NCBI GenBank assembly: GCA_015680685.1
Contig: MNCI01001817.1
Span: forward strand, 2,634-66,633
Source: Gnetum montanum
Taxonomy: Eukaryota; Plantae; Gnetophyta
Length of the DNA stretch: 64,000 bases
Direction: 5' to 3'
The translations under genes and the position numbers were made by a program. Within the stretch, counting starts at the first letter, position 1; each line of letters begins with the position of its first letter. The notes under the pieces were generated by a model. The model did no database searches and was not told where the DNA came from. It saw only the letters and a program-made list of their open reading frames with translations. Positions 54,801 to 64,000 of this stretch are shown here, one piece after another.

Positions 54801-56357
54801 GGAAGCAGGATACTCAAAACCTCACTAATTAGCAAACCAAAGAGGTAAAGTAAATTAGATAGAAGAGAGATTGCTAGCTCATAGTACTCTAGGTAAAAGT
54901 GTCAACTGGTTCAGGCATCTCTGTCTGTCTAAGTTGGCACGTTTGTTTGTGCTATTTTAAGTTCTTTGCACGTTAAAGAAGCCAGTTTCTAAACATATCA
55001 AGTTCTTTGCAATGTTCACCACTGCTAGAGGAAATAGTCTTGAGTTGGCTTGGTTCAGTTATGATATTGTCTTCACGCTCAAACGCAGCTACATGATTAT
55101 TTAAATTGGTTTAAAGTTTGCGAATCATACTTGCTATATTCTGACAGAATGTGCTGCAACTAATCTTTGGAGATTGTAATTCCCTATAGAGTGTCTTCAA
55201 CTGAAGACTGTTCGTCAAGATTCTGAAATTGTTGACTGAGTATTCTTTGCATAGGAAAAGCCTTATCATCATCATCTTCATTGGTGTTTTTATCCCAACA
55301 ACATTGGCTAACCTGATAGGGTCAGTGAATAACTTGAAGACAATTTTTTATACTCAACTGTCTACCTTACATTGTAGTTGGTGACTGACAATTTTCTTTG
55401 CTTAGGAAATGCCTATATTTGAAAATAGTATATTCTGGATAAGTTTCAAGAGTGCTAGATGCTTAGCACTAGTTTGTTTAAAGACATGAAATCAATGTTG
55501 CAAATGAGAGGCGCGCCCCGCACCCACCCCCCCTGTTTTTTGAGTGCTCTGAACTCTGCGGTTATGAGGGGTACCGAGGCTTCCACCTCCTCCCCTTCCC
55601 AGTGGGCCATCCCTGATGTCCCTTTAATTTGTATGCTTATGTACCATACTTCGTAGTAATACAAACCCGAACATTCTCTCAAAAAATAAAAATAAAAAAA
55701 TGAGAGGTGGCTTAAGTGGTTAGCTCGGGGATTGCTGGCAAGAGGTTGCTGGTTCTTACCATACTTGAGGCATCATTATATTCCTCTCTAATTCTAGAGT
55801 ACAACAATATTAAATCTCAACATTACAAATATGACTCCAACCATAATATGTGAGATTTTATATTTCCTAAGTAAGAAAGTAAATGAAGCTGAGACATTAT
55901 TTGTTATAACTTCAACATTACAAATATGACTCCAATCATAATCTGTGAAATTGTATATTTGATAACTAGGAAAGTAAATGGAACTCGGGCATTATTTTCT
56001 TAGAAGCATATCTTTCAAGTTCGTGGTCTTATTTTGCAGCAACTTATTTAAATTCCTAAATTTATTAGTATGTTCCCTCTTGTAATGAGTTTTGTTGAAT
56101 ATTATTTGGTAACACAAGCTTAATCTTGTTTGGTAGCACCATTTATTAAAATCCCAGTCAGATCCAGAATTATCTTGTTAATATTCTAATAGTTTTTCTT
56201 TACTCAGGCATCAGCAAAGCTTTCAAAATCTATTTCTATGCGGTTGCCAAGCTATGATCACAATGTTGGAGATGTCACTAGACAACCAACCTCAAGGAGC
56301 AAGAGCTTATTTAAATTTCTGCTGAACAAGCATAAATCCATGAAGAATCATACATAA
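27671..56357 (+). CDS. ABIL: ABI-like protein (ABIL; Abl-interactor subunit of SCAR/WAVE complex), 9 exons: 27671-27814, 27953-28035, 28136-28286, 28418-28517, 28667-28726, 28827-28866, 28953-29008, 29188-29294, 56208-56357
   Basis: Spliced translation: ...[19 protein letters not shown]|[17 protein letters not shown]...[28 protein letters not shown]...|[13 protein letters not shown]...[11 protein letters not shown], ending [21 protein letters not shown]. Exon phases are consistent throughout with no stops. Confidence 0.92.
27953..28035 (+). CDS. ABIL: ABIL exon 2
   Basis: [21 protein letters not shown]; AG/GT boundaries. Confidence 0.95.
28136..28286 (+). CDS. ABIL: ABIL exon 3
   Basis: [26 protein letters not shown]; AG/GT boundaries. 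Confidence 0.95.
28418..28517 (+). CDS. ABIL: ABIL exon 4 (followed by a GC donor)
   Basis: [33 protein letters not shown]; CAG|GCATGT. Confidence 0.9.
28667..29294 (+). CDS. ABIL: ABIL exons 5-8 (28667-28726, 28827-28866, 28953-29008, 29188-29294), Ser/Pro-rich linker
   Basis: GC-richer open exons with AG/GT ends whose phases chain 1-1-2-1-0. Confidence 0.75.
30080..34100 (+). mobile_element. Degenerate near full-length LINE, RTE-X-like (ORF1 ~30290-30890, ORF2 ~30920-34050)
   Basis: ORF1: [13 protein letters not shown]...SANRLG..KP..ILVKF. APE: [24 protein letters not shown]: [21 protein letters not shown]-terminal [23 protein letters not shown]...IEDE; (TTCTAGT)n tail. Confidence 0.8.
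34930..35790. repeat. Two arrays of a ~39-bp minisatellite in opposite orientation
   Basis: Unit ~CTTGCAAACACAGCAACAAACTTGCAAGAACAACCTAT on + at ~35255-35790; reverse-complement units at ~34930-35172. Confidence 0.8.
35800..36680 (-). pseudogene. Unidentified spliced gene remnant (exon 1 36680-36633, exon 2 from 36473), disrupted by a 91-bp tandem duplication
   Basis: [16 protein letters not shown], then a GTATGC...CTTCAG phase-0 intron, then IVPHFDFQ... (open >120 codons). Duplication at 35948-36129. Confidence 0.5.
36701..38452 (+). mobile_element. Internally deleted Ty1/copia element
   Basis: LTRs at 36701-37114 and 38054-38452 (TGTTA...TAACA); TSD AAGAC/AAGGC; decayed PBS. RT/RNase H remnants YVDAD..G.LDKRK.TTGYV and [10 protein letters not shown]. 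Confidence 0.88.
38500..39505. mobile_element. Probable CACTA terminal region
   Basis: Many decayed GTYGCAA/TTGYGA subterminal-like motifs, ending TTTTTCTCTAGTA (~revcomp CACTAGAGAAAAA). Confidence 0.4.
39510..40275. mobile_element. Non-autonomous hAT-like TIR element
   Basis: Imperfect TIRs CATGCTTATAAAGATCAG / CCGATCTTCATAAATTTG; GATY-rich subterminal repeats; candidate 8-bp TSD AGTAAAAC/GGTGACAC. Confidence 0.5.
41700..45913 (-). pseudogene. L1 ORF2 (APE, RT, zf-RVT) plus in-frame accessory domain and coiled coil, disrupted
   Basis: [70 protein letters not shown], then a same-frame extension. Confidence 0.88.
45881..47280 (-). pseudogene. L1 ORF1 (DUF4283-like + zinc knuckle), disrupted
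   Basis: LERSLLGKF...IQKWV..AWG...[34 protein letters not shown] motifs. Confidence 0.8.
47704..48768 (-). repeat. ~402-bp tandem repeat (2.65 copies) made of a chromovirus-type integrase core fragment
   Basis: Unit starts at 47704, 48106 and 48509. Minus strand reads KIAHLILC...[42 protein letters not shown]. The integrase remnant continues at 47301-47700 and beyond the L1 near 41100-41415. Confidence 0.88.
48769..51090 (+). mobile_element. Athila-like internal fragment (RNase H, inter-ORF non-coding region, start of accessory ORF)
   Basis: [10 protein letters not shown]...YALGAV and [12 protein letters not shown]; shared non-coding motifs; MAPKRP...PRGRGQ at 50996, like 14302. Confidence 0.85.
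51090..51945 (-). mobile_element. RTE-clade LINE RT fragment
   Basis: [36 protein letters not shown]...[21 protein letters not shown] motifs. Confidence 0.88.
53870..53975 (-). mobile_element. tRNA-like SINE copy, related to 58930-59030
   Basis: Revcomp CTCAAGTTGTAAGCCTTGGGTTTGAGCTTGGG..CAGTCACTCAAAAAAAGG matches the 58.9-kb copy. Confidence 0.45.
55512..55697 (+). mobile_element. 5'-truncated young L1 3' end with A-rich tail
   Basis: TSD AAATGAGAGG (55502-55511, 55698-55707). The terminus TAATACAAACCCGAACATTCTCTC-A(n) resembles the end of the 41433-47283 L1. CpGs are retained. Confidence 0.85.
56208..56357 (+). CDS. ABIL: ABIL terminal exon
   Basis: Polypyrimidine tract then CAG|, phase 0. 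[12 protein letters not shown]...[16 protein letters not shown] resembles the basic C-terminal motif of plant ABILs. Confidence 0.8.
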   Translation, partial: ASAKLSKSISMRLPSYDHNVGDVTRQPTSRSKSLFKFLLNKHKSMKNHT

Positions 56358-56849
56358 ATTACTTCAATACATCAGACAGATGTGCAGATCCAGAATCTTT
56401 TAGTTAGATGCTTTCTTGTTTCTTAATAACTCGTATAGCTTTTAGAGTTTTAATTTGGATCCTATCCGTATTTATTTTGTATCATAATGCAACCTATAAT
56501 GTTTGGGTGTCATGAAATGTTCAATCGTATTTTACCATATAATTTGCTTAAACTGAATGGGGTTGCTTGAAGACTGCCAAATGAAGGCAAGCGTGGTGAT
56601 GTTTTAAACAAGAAGGCTTTTCAAGTGAAAAAAATGGCTGCTATTGGTAAACATCGATTGGAAATCTATAGAGCAGTGTGCAATTCCTTTAAAAAGATTA
56701 CGAGTCTCTTTCAAAGTTGAATATGTTGTATAAGAAATCCAAACATTTTCCTCTTTGCAGTGTCACTTGTACTTCTTGATGCTTCCTATGTGATGTAAAC
56801 ACCACCTGTATTAGCTTTTCTTTGGAGATTGCTACTTCAGATGTGCACC

Positions 56850-58450
56850 ATTTTATCTGCTTTTACCGAAGAATTTAGCAAAGAAGGGAAACTAAGGGTT
56901 CAGAGTTCAGAAGAAATCACATCTCATATCTCATTAGGGTCTTATTTAAAGGAGGGGCTCATCAAAGTTCTTAAAGTCGGAGATCTTCATCAGCTAAAAA
57001 ACTAGCGCTGAATAACTTTGCTCTCTAAATTCTATGAAATCACTGCCAATGAAGTGGCCAACAGAATTCTCCCTTATCTTGTAAAGCTTGACTTTGCTAA
57101 CACATATAATAGGATCAGGTAGAATTATCTTAATACTATTGTGGGACAACTTCAACTTTGATCCAATTGGATTAATAATGTTAACATGTTGCTTCCTAAT
57201 GCATCAGTGAAAATTTCAATTGCTGGTAAAATTTCTAAGAGATTATTCTTGGGTTGCTAAGTCTGTCAAGGTTAGCCCTTAGTTCCGTATCTTTTTATTA
57301 TTGCAACATCAAAGCCTGCTCTGGTCTTTAATGATGCTATACAAAGAGGAAGCAGCAGGAATTCATCTATCTAATTCTCCCAGGCTACGTATTCATAGTC
57401 AATATGTAAATGATACTTTTTTGCTTCGAAAATATTGCACAAATTCTATTTCAAATGCCATCTCTATTATTGAAAAATATTGTGCAGCTTTAGGGAGCTT
57501 AACGACTTGCAACAAGAGCACTAGAGTTCTGTTCAATATTACAGAAAATGTCTCCACACAAGCTCCTTGGAATTGGGTTGGTTCTAATGATACATTTAAA
57601 CTCTTTGGTATTCCTTAGGTTCTGTCTACTTCTATAACAAAAATGTTGTCACATGTACTTTTCAAGGTAAAACCAAAAATTATTTTTAAAAGGGCTCTGA
57701 GAAATTTTGTCACTTGTAGGTAGATTAGTGCTGGTTAAACACATCTTGTCTTCTATTTATATATATTACTCTTCTATTCTGGCTTCCACCATCTTAGCTA
57801 TTAAAAATTTGCAATTCCTTTTAGCAAAATTCCTTTAGGGTATTGGCAATGATATTAGAGGATTTCATAGTGGTGTGGGACTTTTACACAACTTCAAAAG
57901 CTAATAAAGTACCTAATCTTCTTTAATCTTCTTCAATAGACAACCCTTTTAGTTGATAAAAATGATTTTCAAGAGTGTAAGTGAATGACCCATAACAAAT
58001 CTTAATTTAGTAGGCTACAACAAATTAAGCCAACCTATAGTAAAGGAAGAGACAAGAAGCTCATTGGTCCAATTGGCTTTTTTCACCTATTTCTATTAAA
58101 TGTTTTGGCTCTATCATTTCAGAAGACCTTTGGAGAGCATAGAGTGGGATTAGAAATACGGTAAGTTGGAATCCTCCAAGTTGGTCATAAATGACTTTGG
58201 AAGCATCTTTATGGTAGACATCCATCGGAAAAGGAATAGATTGAGCTCTAGCCAATAGTCATGGTCTTGGTCTTCCTTTGATGTGACTTATCAAATTGGA
58301 ATGAATTCATTACAACAATGTAATACAACCAAATAATTATCCATGAGATGAATTAAGGTGTGCATGAATCCTTGTCTTTTTACAACATTTGTTCACTCAG
58401 TTGTTTTAGTAGATCATAGCATGGACATCTCAACTTGAAAATCTTGAGAT
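56850..58450 (+). mobile_element. Old L1 ORF2 fragment (RT region)
   Basis: VKLDFANTYNRI, QGXPLVPYLF, SQYVNDTFL, FKLFGIP motifs with many stops. Confidence 0.75.
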
Positions 58451-58929
58451 TATTTGGTTTGACTATTAGAAATGGTTAGATAATGCTTCTTTTCATCAAA
58501 TGAAATTATCCTCTATCACACATTGGATTGAATGAATATGAAATGTTAAGGATAAACAAGGGTAAAATTCAAAAAATATAGTGTTTTCAACTATCTAATA
58601 ATCAATGATTGAATTTCATGGAAGCAACTTTGGATTTCATGGAGACATCTTTTTTTTTGTGGTCTTTAATGGTCTACCACGTAGTTGTAGGTTGCAACAT
58701 TTTTCTAGTATTTGTTCATGTTCATTTTGGAACAATGTGGAGGATCCTCTTCAATGACAAGAAATTTAAAGATGGATTTTCCTTAATTACCCTTAAGGAT
58801 TAAAAGTGTGATATTGACTTGAAGATTTTTCCTTTTTCTATGCAATATAGGTAAATACCATGTGTACCTTTATGCAATCTAGGTGATATGATATGATACT
58901 TTTGGTAGAACTTGAGACAAATATAAAAT

Positions 58930-59030
58930 GTATCAGGTATAACTCAAGTTGTAAGGCATGGGTTCGAACTTAGGCATAATCACTTGGGTTCGAACTTAGG
59001 CATAATCACTTGAAAAAGGATAGGTTTTTA
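58930..59030 (+). mobile_element. tRNA-like SINE copy with duplicated B-box segment
   Basis: GGTTCGAACTTAGGCATAATCACTTG present twice in tandem. Confidence 0.45.
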
Positions 59031-61562
59031 CTTATTTATCAACCCTTTTGGGGTTTTGTTTGGTAAGATGAGCATTGAGCCTTTGGGTGATGATTCTTTT
59101 TATTATGCAATTTGGTCTTTGTTCAATTTGCATATTTGTGTCTATGGAAATTCAATAAATAGTTTTTAATGACTTTGTTACATCCTCCTCTCTATTATTA
59201 TTACAAGAAGGTAGTACACATTAGAGCAGACATAACAAAAGATATACAGTTGATGGAAGGTGGTGAGTGGCCCTGGATCAGCTTGAAAATTCATTAAAAA
59301 ATTAGGTCCAAATATATTTTTGAGCATCATAGAAGTGATGGCTTGCAGTGATTGAAAAATCCTTCTTTATTGATTGTCATCATGGCAATCTATAACCTGT
59401 GAGATGTAACTTTTTCTCTCTAACATATTACTTGACATTAATAATGGGGACTGCAATTGATCTCTTCTTCATTGTTGGTCATACTAATCTAGGTCAATAC
59501 TTCTTGCTTTGCTTTTAAAATCAACATATCACACCCTATCAATTTGGTTGGTAGAAATCAATACAATAAAAATGTCACTAAAAGTCATTGGATCTATGAG
59601 CCTTGGGTTTCTGGTTTATAGTTGAACTACATTGCCCAAAAATTGCTTGGGGTGATAGAAATCGATACATTGAAATTTTCATAAAAATCACCTGCAAATC
59701 AACATGATGCTTGATAAATTGGAATACATTCAAGCCTAATTTGTTGAGGGCAACTTAGATTTATGAAAAGGCTCACAAATATTGCCATGCAAGGCAGATC
59801 TAGAGACTTCTTTAACAAATTGAGTAAACATGGCTTTATTAGAAAGAGCAAATAACATAACTTTAAATTCTACATTGCTTGGGCATGAAGACATAATGAA
59901 ATTACCTAGATCTACATAATATTTCTCAAAAATAACATAGGCTCACACATTCTTAAACTTGGAGGCCTAAGTTAACATCAACTCATCAACAAAATAGGGC
60001 TTCAACATGATCTTAAATGCCCTTGATTCTACAACATAAATTGATAACATAGATTACCTCAAACTATTGCAAAAAACTTCCATACATTTAGATCTACTAG
60101 GTGGAGGAGAAAACTTAACAAAACTCATGCATTGATTTTGAAGTCTTCATACATTTCATCAAACACTTGCATTAAAAACATTCATGATCAAAATTGAGGC
60201 AAGAACATAAAACATAAATATCAAATCTAGCATCTATGCATGAAAGGCCTCCTTTTTGAAACGTTTGTGAGAGACTTTATGAGAAAGGGTTGTGAGAATT
60301 ATGAGAACTATCTATTAAAATGTGAGAAGGATTAGTGAAAAATTATGAAATAAAACTTGTGAGAATTGGGCCATGCAAATTTTTGATGGGAGAGCTTAAT
60401 TGTGAAATAGTTAGCTGCAAGAATGTGAGAAGATGGAGCACCTAAACTAAGGAATTGGCCACCACTTAAATGGATAAAAAATGAGGCAAGAAAGAAAAAA
60501 AAGAAAAACTTAACTTCATTCATTTTGAATTTCTCATTGTTCCATTGTATTTACAATGAGGTTGATGACCTCATTTTATAGCTTCACGAGTGGAGAGGAT
60601 TTGAAACTCATTTTCATGTGGCATAAACTTTTCTCATTTTGCTTCTTCTTCTATGAATAAACTAAGGTTTTCTTCCTATTTTTCTTGGCTTTGTTCAGCC
60701 TTCTAACATCTACTCAACTTGAAAACATAAAAGAAAAACAAAGACACAATTTTGGCATTACCCAAAAATCATGATAGAACATTGAACCCAATGATCATGC
60801 TAGAATACATATGTATTATGCATAGAAGATAATGGTTGAACATGAAACCTATCTTATATCATTAAGATCTTTGGTCTTCATATTAATATTATTGAATTGA
60901 ACTAAATTGAAATTTTATTACATCTATAAAGGTTCAAAGGAAATTAGCTTATGCAAAATAAATTAGTAGTAAGAAATTCTAAGTACAACAAATATGTCCA
61001 ATAGTCATGTTCTATATAATTTGAACACTTTTGTACAATCTCCTACAATCTCCTAGTAAGAAATTCTAAGTACAACAAATGTAGCTTGAATAGTTCATAT
61101 AAATATTAATTGTCCATTTGCCATTTAAAAAAAAAATATTTTACTTCAGAACATTTTAATAATACATATTGTTAATTTTTAACTTGTAGTAAACACTATT
61201 GGTATAATCTATCCGCATACTCTACACTATTGTATTTTTTAATTTCAACCTAAAGTTGGTCTGATTTCATTCTTGCTTTGACGAATATTGGAATAGTTGC
61301 ATATAGATAATTCTTTCACCTCTACTGTTTTGTTAATAAAATTAAAGTATTTTTTAGTATTTGTACCTTACTTTTTATCTTTAATAAGTCTTTAAACTAG
61401 TTCTAAATTTATTTTTACATCAATATTTTTAATACCTTTTTGTAGCTACAATTTTTCTTCATGGTAGCACTATTGTTGTTGAGATTTGTAGATGACTTCT
61501 TATAAAATCTTATTAATGTTTTTATTATTCAAATAGAATGTTAAGAACTAGCACATTACTTC

Positions 61563-64000
61563 TGTTGAGCTTTTGGTATGTCAAAACCTTAAAAAATGGA
61601 GAATGTGGAAATGTTGATGTAATCTTGTAGGGCTAACAAAAGAACAAGGTGACAAGATGATTGAGCAAGAGCTTCGAAACAAGAGTTGGGATGACGGAAT
61701 GAGAGTTGAGATAACAAAACTAGAGTTGGGATGCAAACGGAGTCTACAAGCTAAATGAAGGTGTTCCAAGGTTTGTTGTCCAAAGTTCAGAGTTCACTTG
61801 CAGATCAGACATCATAGATTGATAGTAGACATTCCAATTATTGCTAGGACATCCCAAGAAATATATCCCAATTTTTTGTAGGATGTCCCACCAGAATAAA
61901 AGCTGTTTTTAGATAGACATCCCAACCTCAAATGGGATGTCTCAGTTAGTTGTTTCCTAGACGTTGCATGAATTCTAAGGAGTTTTTGGAAAGTAAAAGG
62001 CTATATAACAAAGTGGAGTTCTTGGGAAATGTACAAGCATTGTTCATTAATCAATCCCATTATTGTATATTGAGTGAACTAGCTTTGTTCCTCATTGTGT
62101 TCATCATTTGTGAATTGTTGTATGTGTTGAGAGGCTTATTGCAAGGAATTTGTAAAGTAAGTTGCACTCTCTCTTTGATTATTTTTCTCTTCTTGTAAGC
62201 CCTGTTGGGTTGATGTGCTTCTTGTGGGAAGGCATCTTTGTTGAGCTTGTCAGGACCTTGCGAGGTTGAGTATGTTCATAGTGACGAAACACTCTGGTGC
62301 AGAGCTCACATTTTGTAAAGGTTGTGGGATCCTTGAAACCACATTTTGAGGTTGTTGGGACCTTGTGGAGTTGAGTGTTTGTCTAGTGAGAAAACACTTT
62401 AAGTGGAGCTCAAAACTTTATAAAGGTTGTGGTGCCCTCTAAACCATATTTTGAAGAAACAAAGTCCAAAGGTATGCAAGGATTCTACCCTCTGAGTATG
62501 GATGTACCTAAGTTGGGGAATCATGTAAAAATTATGTGTAGTTTTGGTTGTTTAATTTGGGGAAATTATTCAACCTCCCTACTAAGTTCTTGGTACTCAA
62601 GTGGTATCAGAGCTCAGTACTCTCAAGTTTGGAGCGTAACATCTCAAGAGTGAATAATGGAAGAGACATGCTACATAAATTCACCTATGTTTGATAGGAT
62701 CGACTTCATGTATTGGAAAGCTAGAATGAAAGGATTCTTTGAATCCATGAAGTTTGAAGTCTAGGAATCTATTCTTGAAGGTTACACACCACCAATCAAC
62801 AACATTACATCAACTACCAAGCCAAGAAGAAAATGGATGCAAGATGAAAGAGATAAGTTCATGTTTGATTCTAATGCAAAGAATTATCTTTATTGTGCTT
62901 TGAGCAAATTTGAATTTAAAAGAGTAGATGGATGTAAAACCGCTAAAGAAATTTGGGAAACACTAGAAGAAGCCTATGAAGGTACATCAGTTGTAAAACA
63001 ATCAAAGCTTCTAGTTTTGCAAAGTAAATATGATTAATTAAAAATGAGAGAAGGAGAAAAGATTAAAAACGACTTTTCAAGAGTCAACGATCTTGTTGTA
63101 GTGATCAGAAGTACATGTAAGGTTATGCCAAAAAGTAATGTTATTATCAAGATGATAAGAACCTTGCAACCTGAATTTAGACCCATGGTAATAGTCATGG
63201 AGGAAATCAGGGATTTTTCAGTCCTAAAATTTGAGGAACTACAAAGTGTACTTATTGCCTATGAGATGAACCTCATTAGCGAAGGTCCAATCAAGGAGAA
63301 GCTTATTATCCTTAAAAGCTCATCAAAGGAGAAGGAACCAATTGAATATGAAGTGAAGAGTGCAAATGAATTGGCTCTCTTGTTAAGGAGAGTACAAAGA
63401 CTACTTGCAAGAAAAGACAAAAATTTCAATCAATCCAACACAAAAGAGAAGGAAATAGGTAAGAATTTTAAAATTTTAAATCTTGATGCATCCTCTATAG
63501 AATGTTGGGTTTATGATGGTACAGGACATGTGGCCTCTAAATGTCTTAGTGTTTGTAGGTTTCCAATGAAAGATTAATCCGAAGCTAATACGAAAAAGGA
63601 AAAATTTCCACACTAGTTAGGACAATGAACAAAGTGAAGAAGAAATAGATGATATCTCCTCAAAATCACATCTTATTTGTATGGCTCTTGCTGATGATGA
63701 TCCAATAATGGAATTTTAAGAATCTAAAGGAACTATTGAAGAAAGGTATGATTTACTATGCAATGAGGTTTTATCCTTTCAAAGTCTATGCATTAAATTG
63801 GAAAAAGGCCTTAAGTGATAAAGATTTATAATTATCTGAACTCAATCAAAAATACTTGTATCTATCACAAGAAAACTCAAACCTAAGGGCTGAGAATCAA
63901 AAGCTTACATCCTCATATGAGGAGATTGTAAAAGATCTTGCAGATACAAAGCTTATAAATGGAAGACTTGTAAAAGGGAAAGAAGCACTTTGAATAGTCT
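61563..64000 (+). mobile_element. Ty1/copia (SIRE-like) element, 5' part
   Basis: LTR ~61563-62599 with GACATCCCA repeats and a ~107-bp duplication; PBS TGGTATCAGAGC at 62602-62613; gag follows. Confidence 0.88.
62657..64000 (+). pseudogene. Copia gag (UBN2-type, degenerate zinc knuckle, coiled-coil tail)
   Basis: PMFDRIDFMYWKARM, CKTAKEIWETLEEAYEGTS.VKQSKL, C..Y.GTGHVASKC; internal stops. Confidence 0.88.

Noticed and set aside
54326-54835. Possible additional ABIL exons
   Set aside because: I found no open phase-0/phase-0 exon with ABIL-like sequence; exon 8 joins 56208 in frame without them.
59300-60800. Degenerate repeat resembling 40290-41100
   Set aside because: Only short shared words; ends and class could not be defined by eye.

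Overview
AT-rich, repeat-dominated land-plant nuclear DNA with heavy CG/CHG-type C>T and G>A decay. One intact host gene is present: a 9-exon ABI-like (ABIL, SCAR/WAVE complex) gene at 27671-56357 (+). It has a probable GC-AG intron and a ~26.9 kb last intron full of TEs. Bases 1-25.6 kb are an old minus-strand Athila-like gypsy element carrying four nested insertions: two solo LTRs, a pol-less Athila-like element, and a Tekay-like non-autonomous LTR element whose only recognisable cargo is an intronless CCR4-type deadenylase gene. The ABIL intron holds an RTE-X-like LINE, inverted ~39-bp minisatellite arrays, an unidentified spliced gene, a deleted copia element, DNA-transposon remnants, RTE and SINE fragments, and a full-length L1. 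That L1's ORF2 continues in frame into a domain plus coiled coil resembling the Athila accessory ORF. A SIRE-like copia element begins at ~61.56 kb. The strongest novelty candidates are the deadenylase-carrying LTR element, the L1 with a fused LTR-element accessory domain, and family-specific palindromic motifs shared by Athila LTRs and internal promoters. All family assignments come from recognising motifs by eye; no database searches were run.
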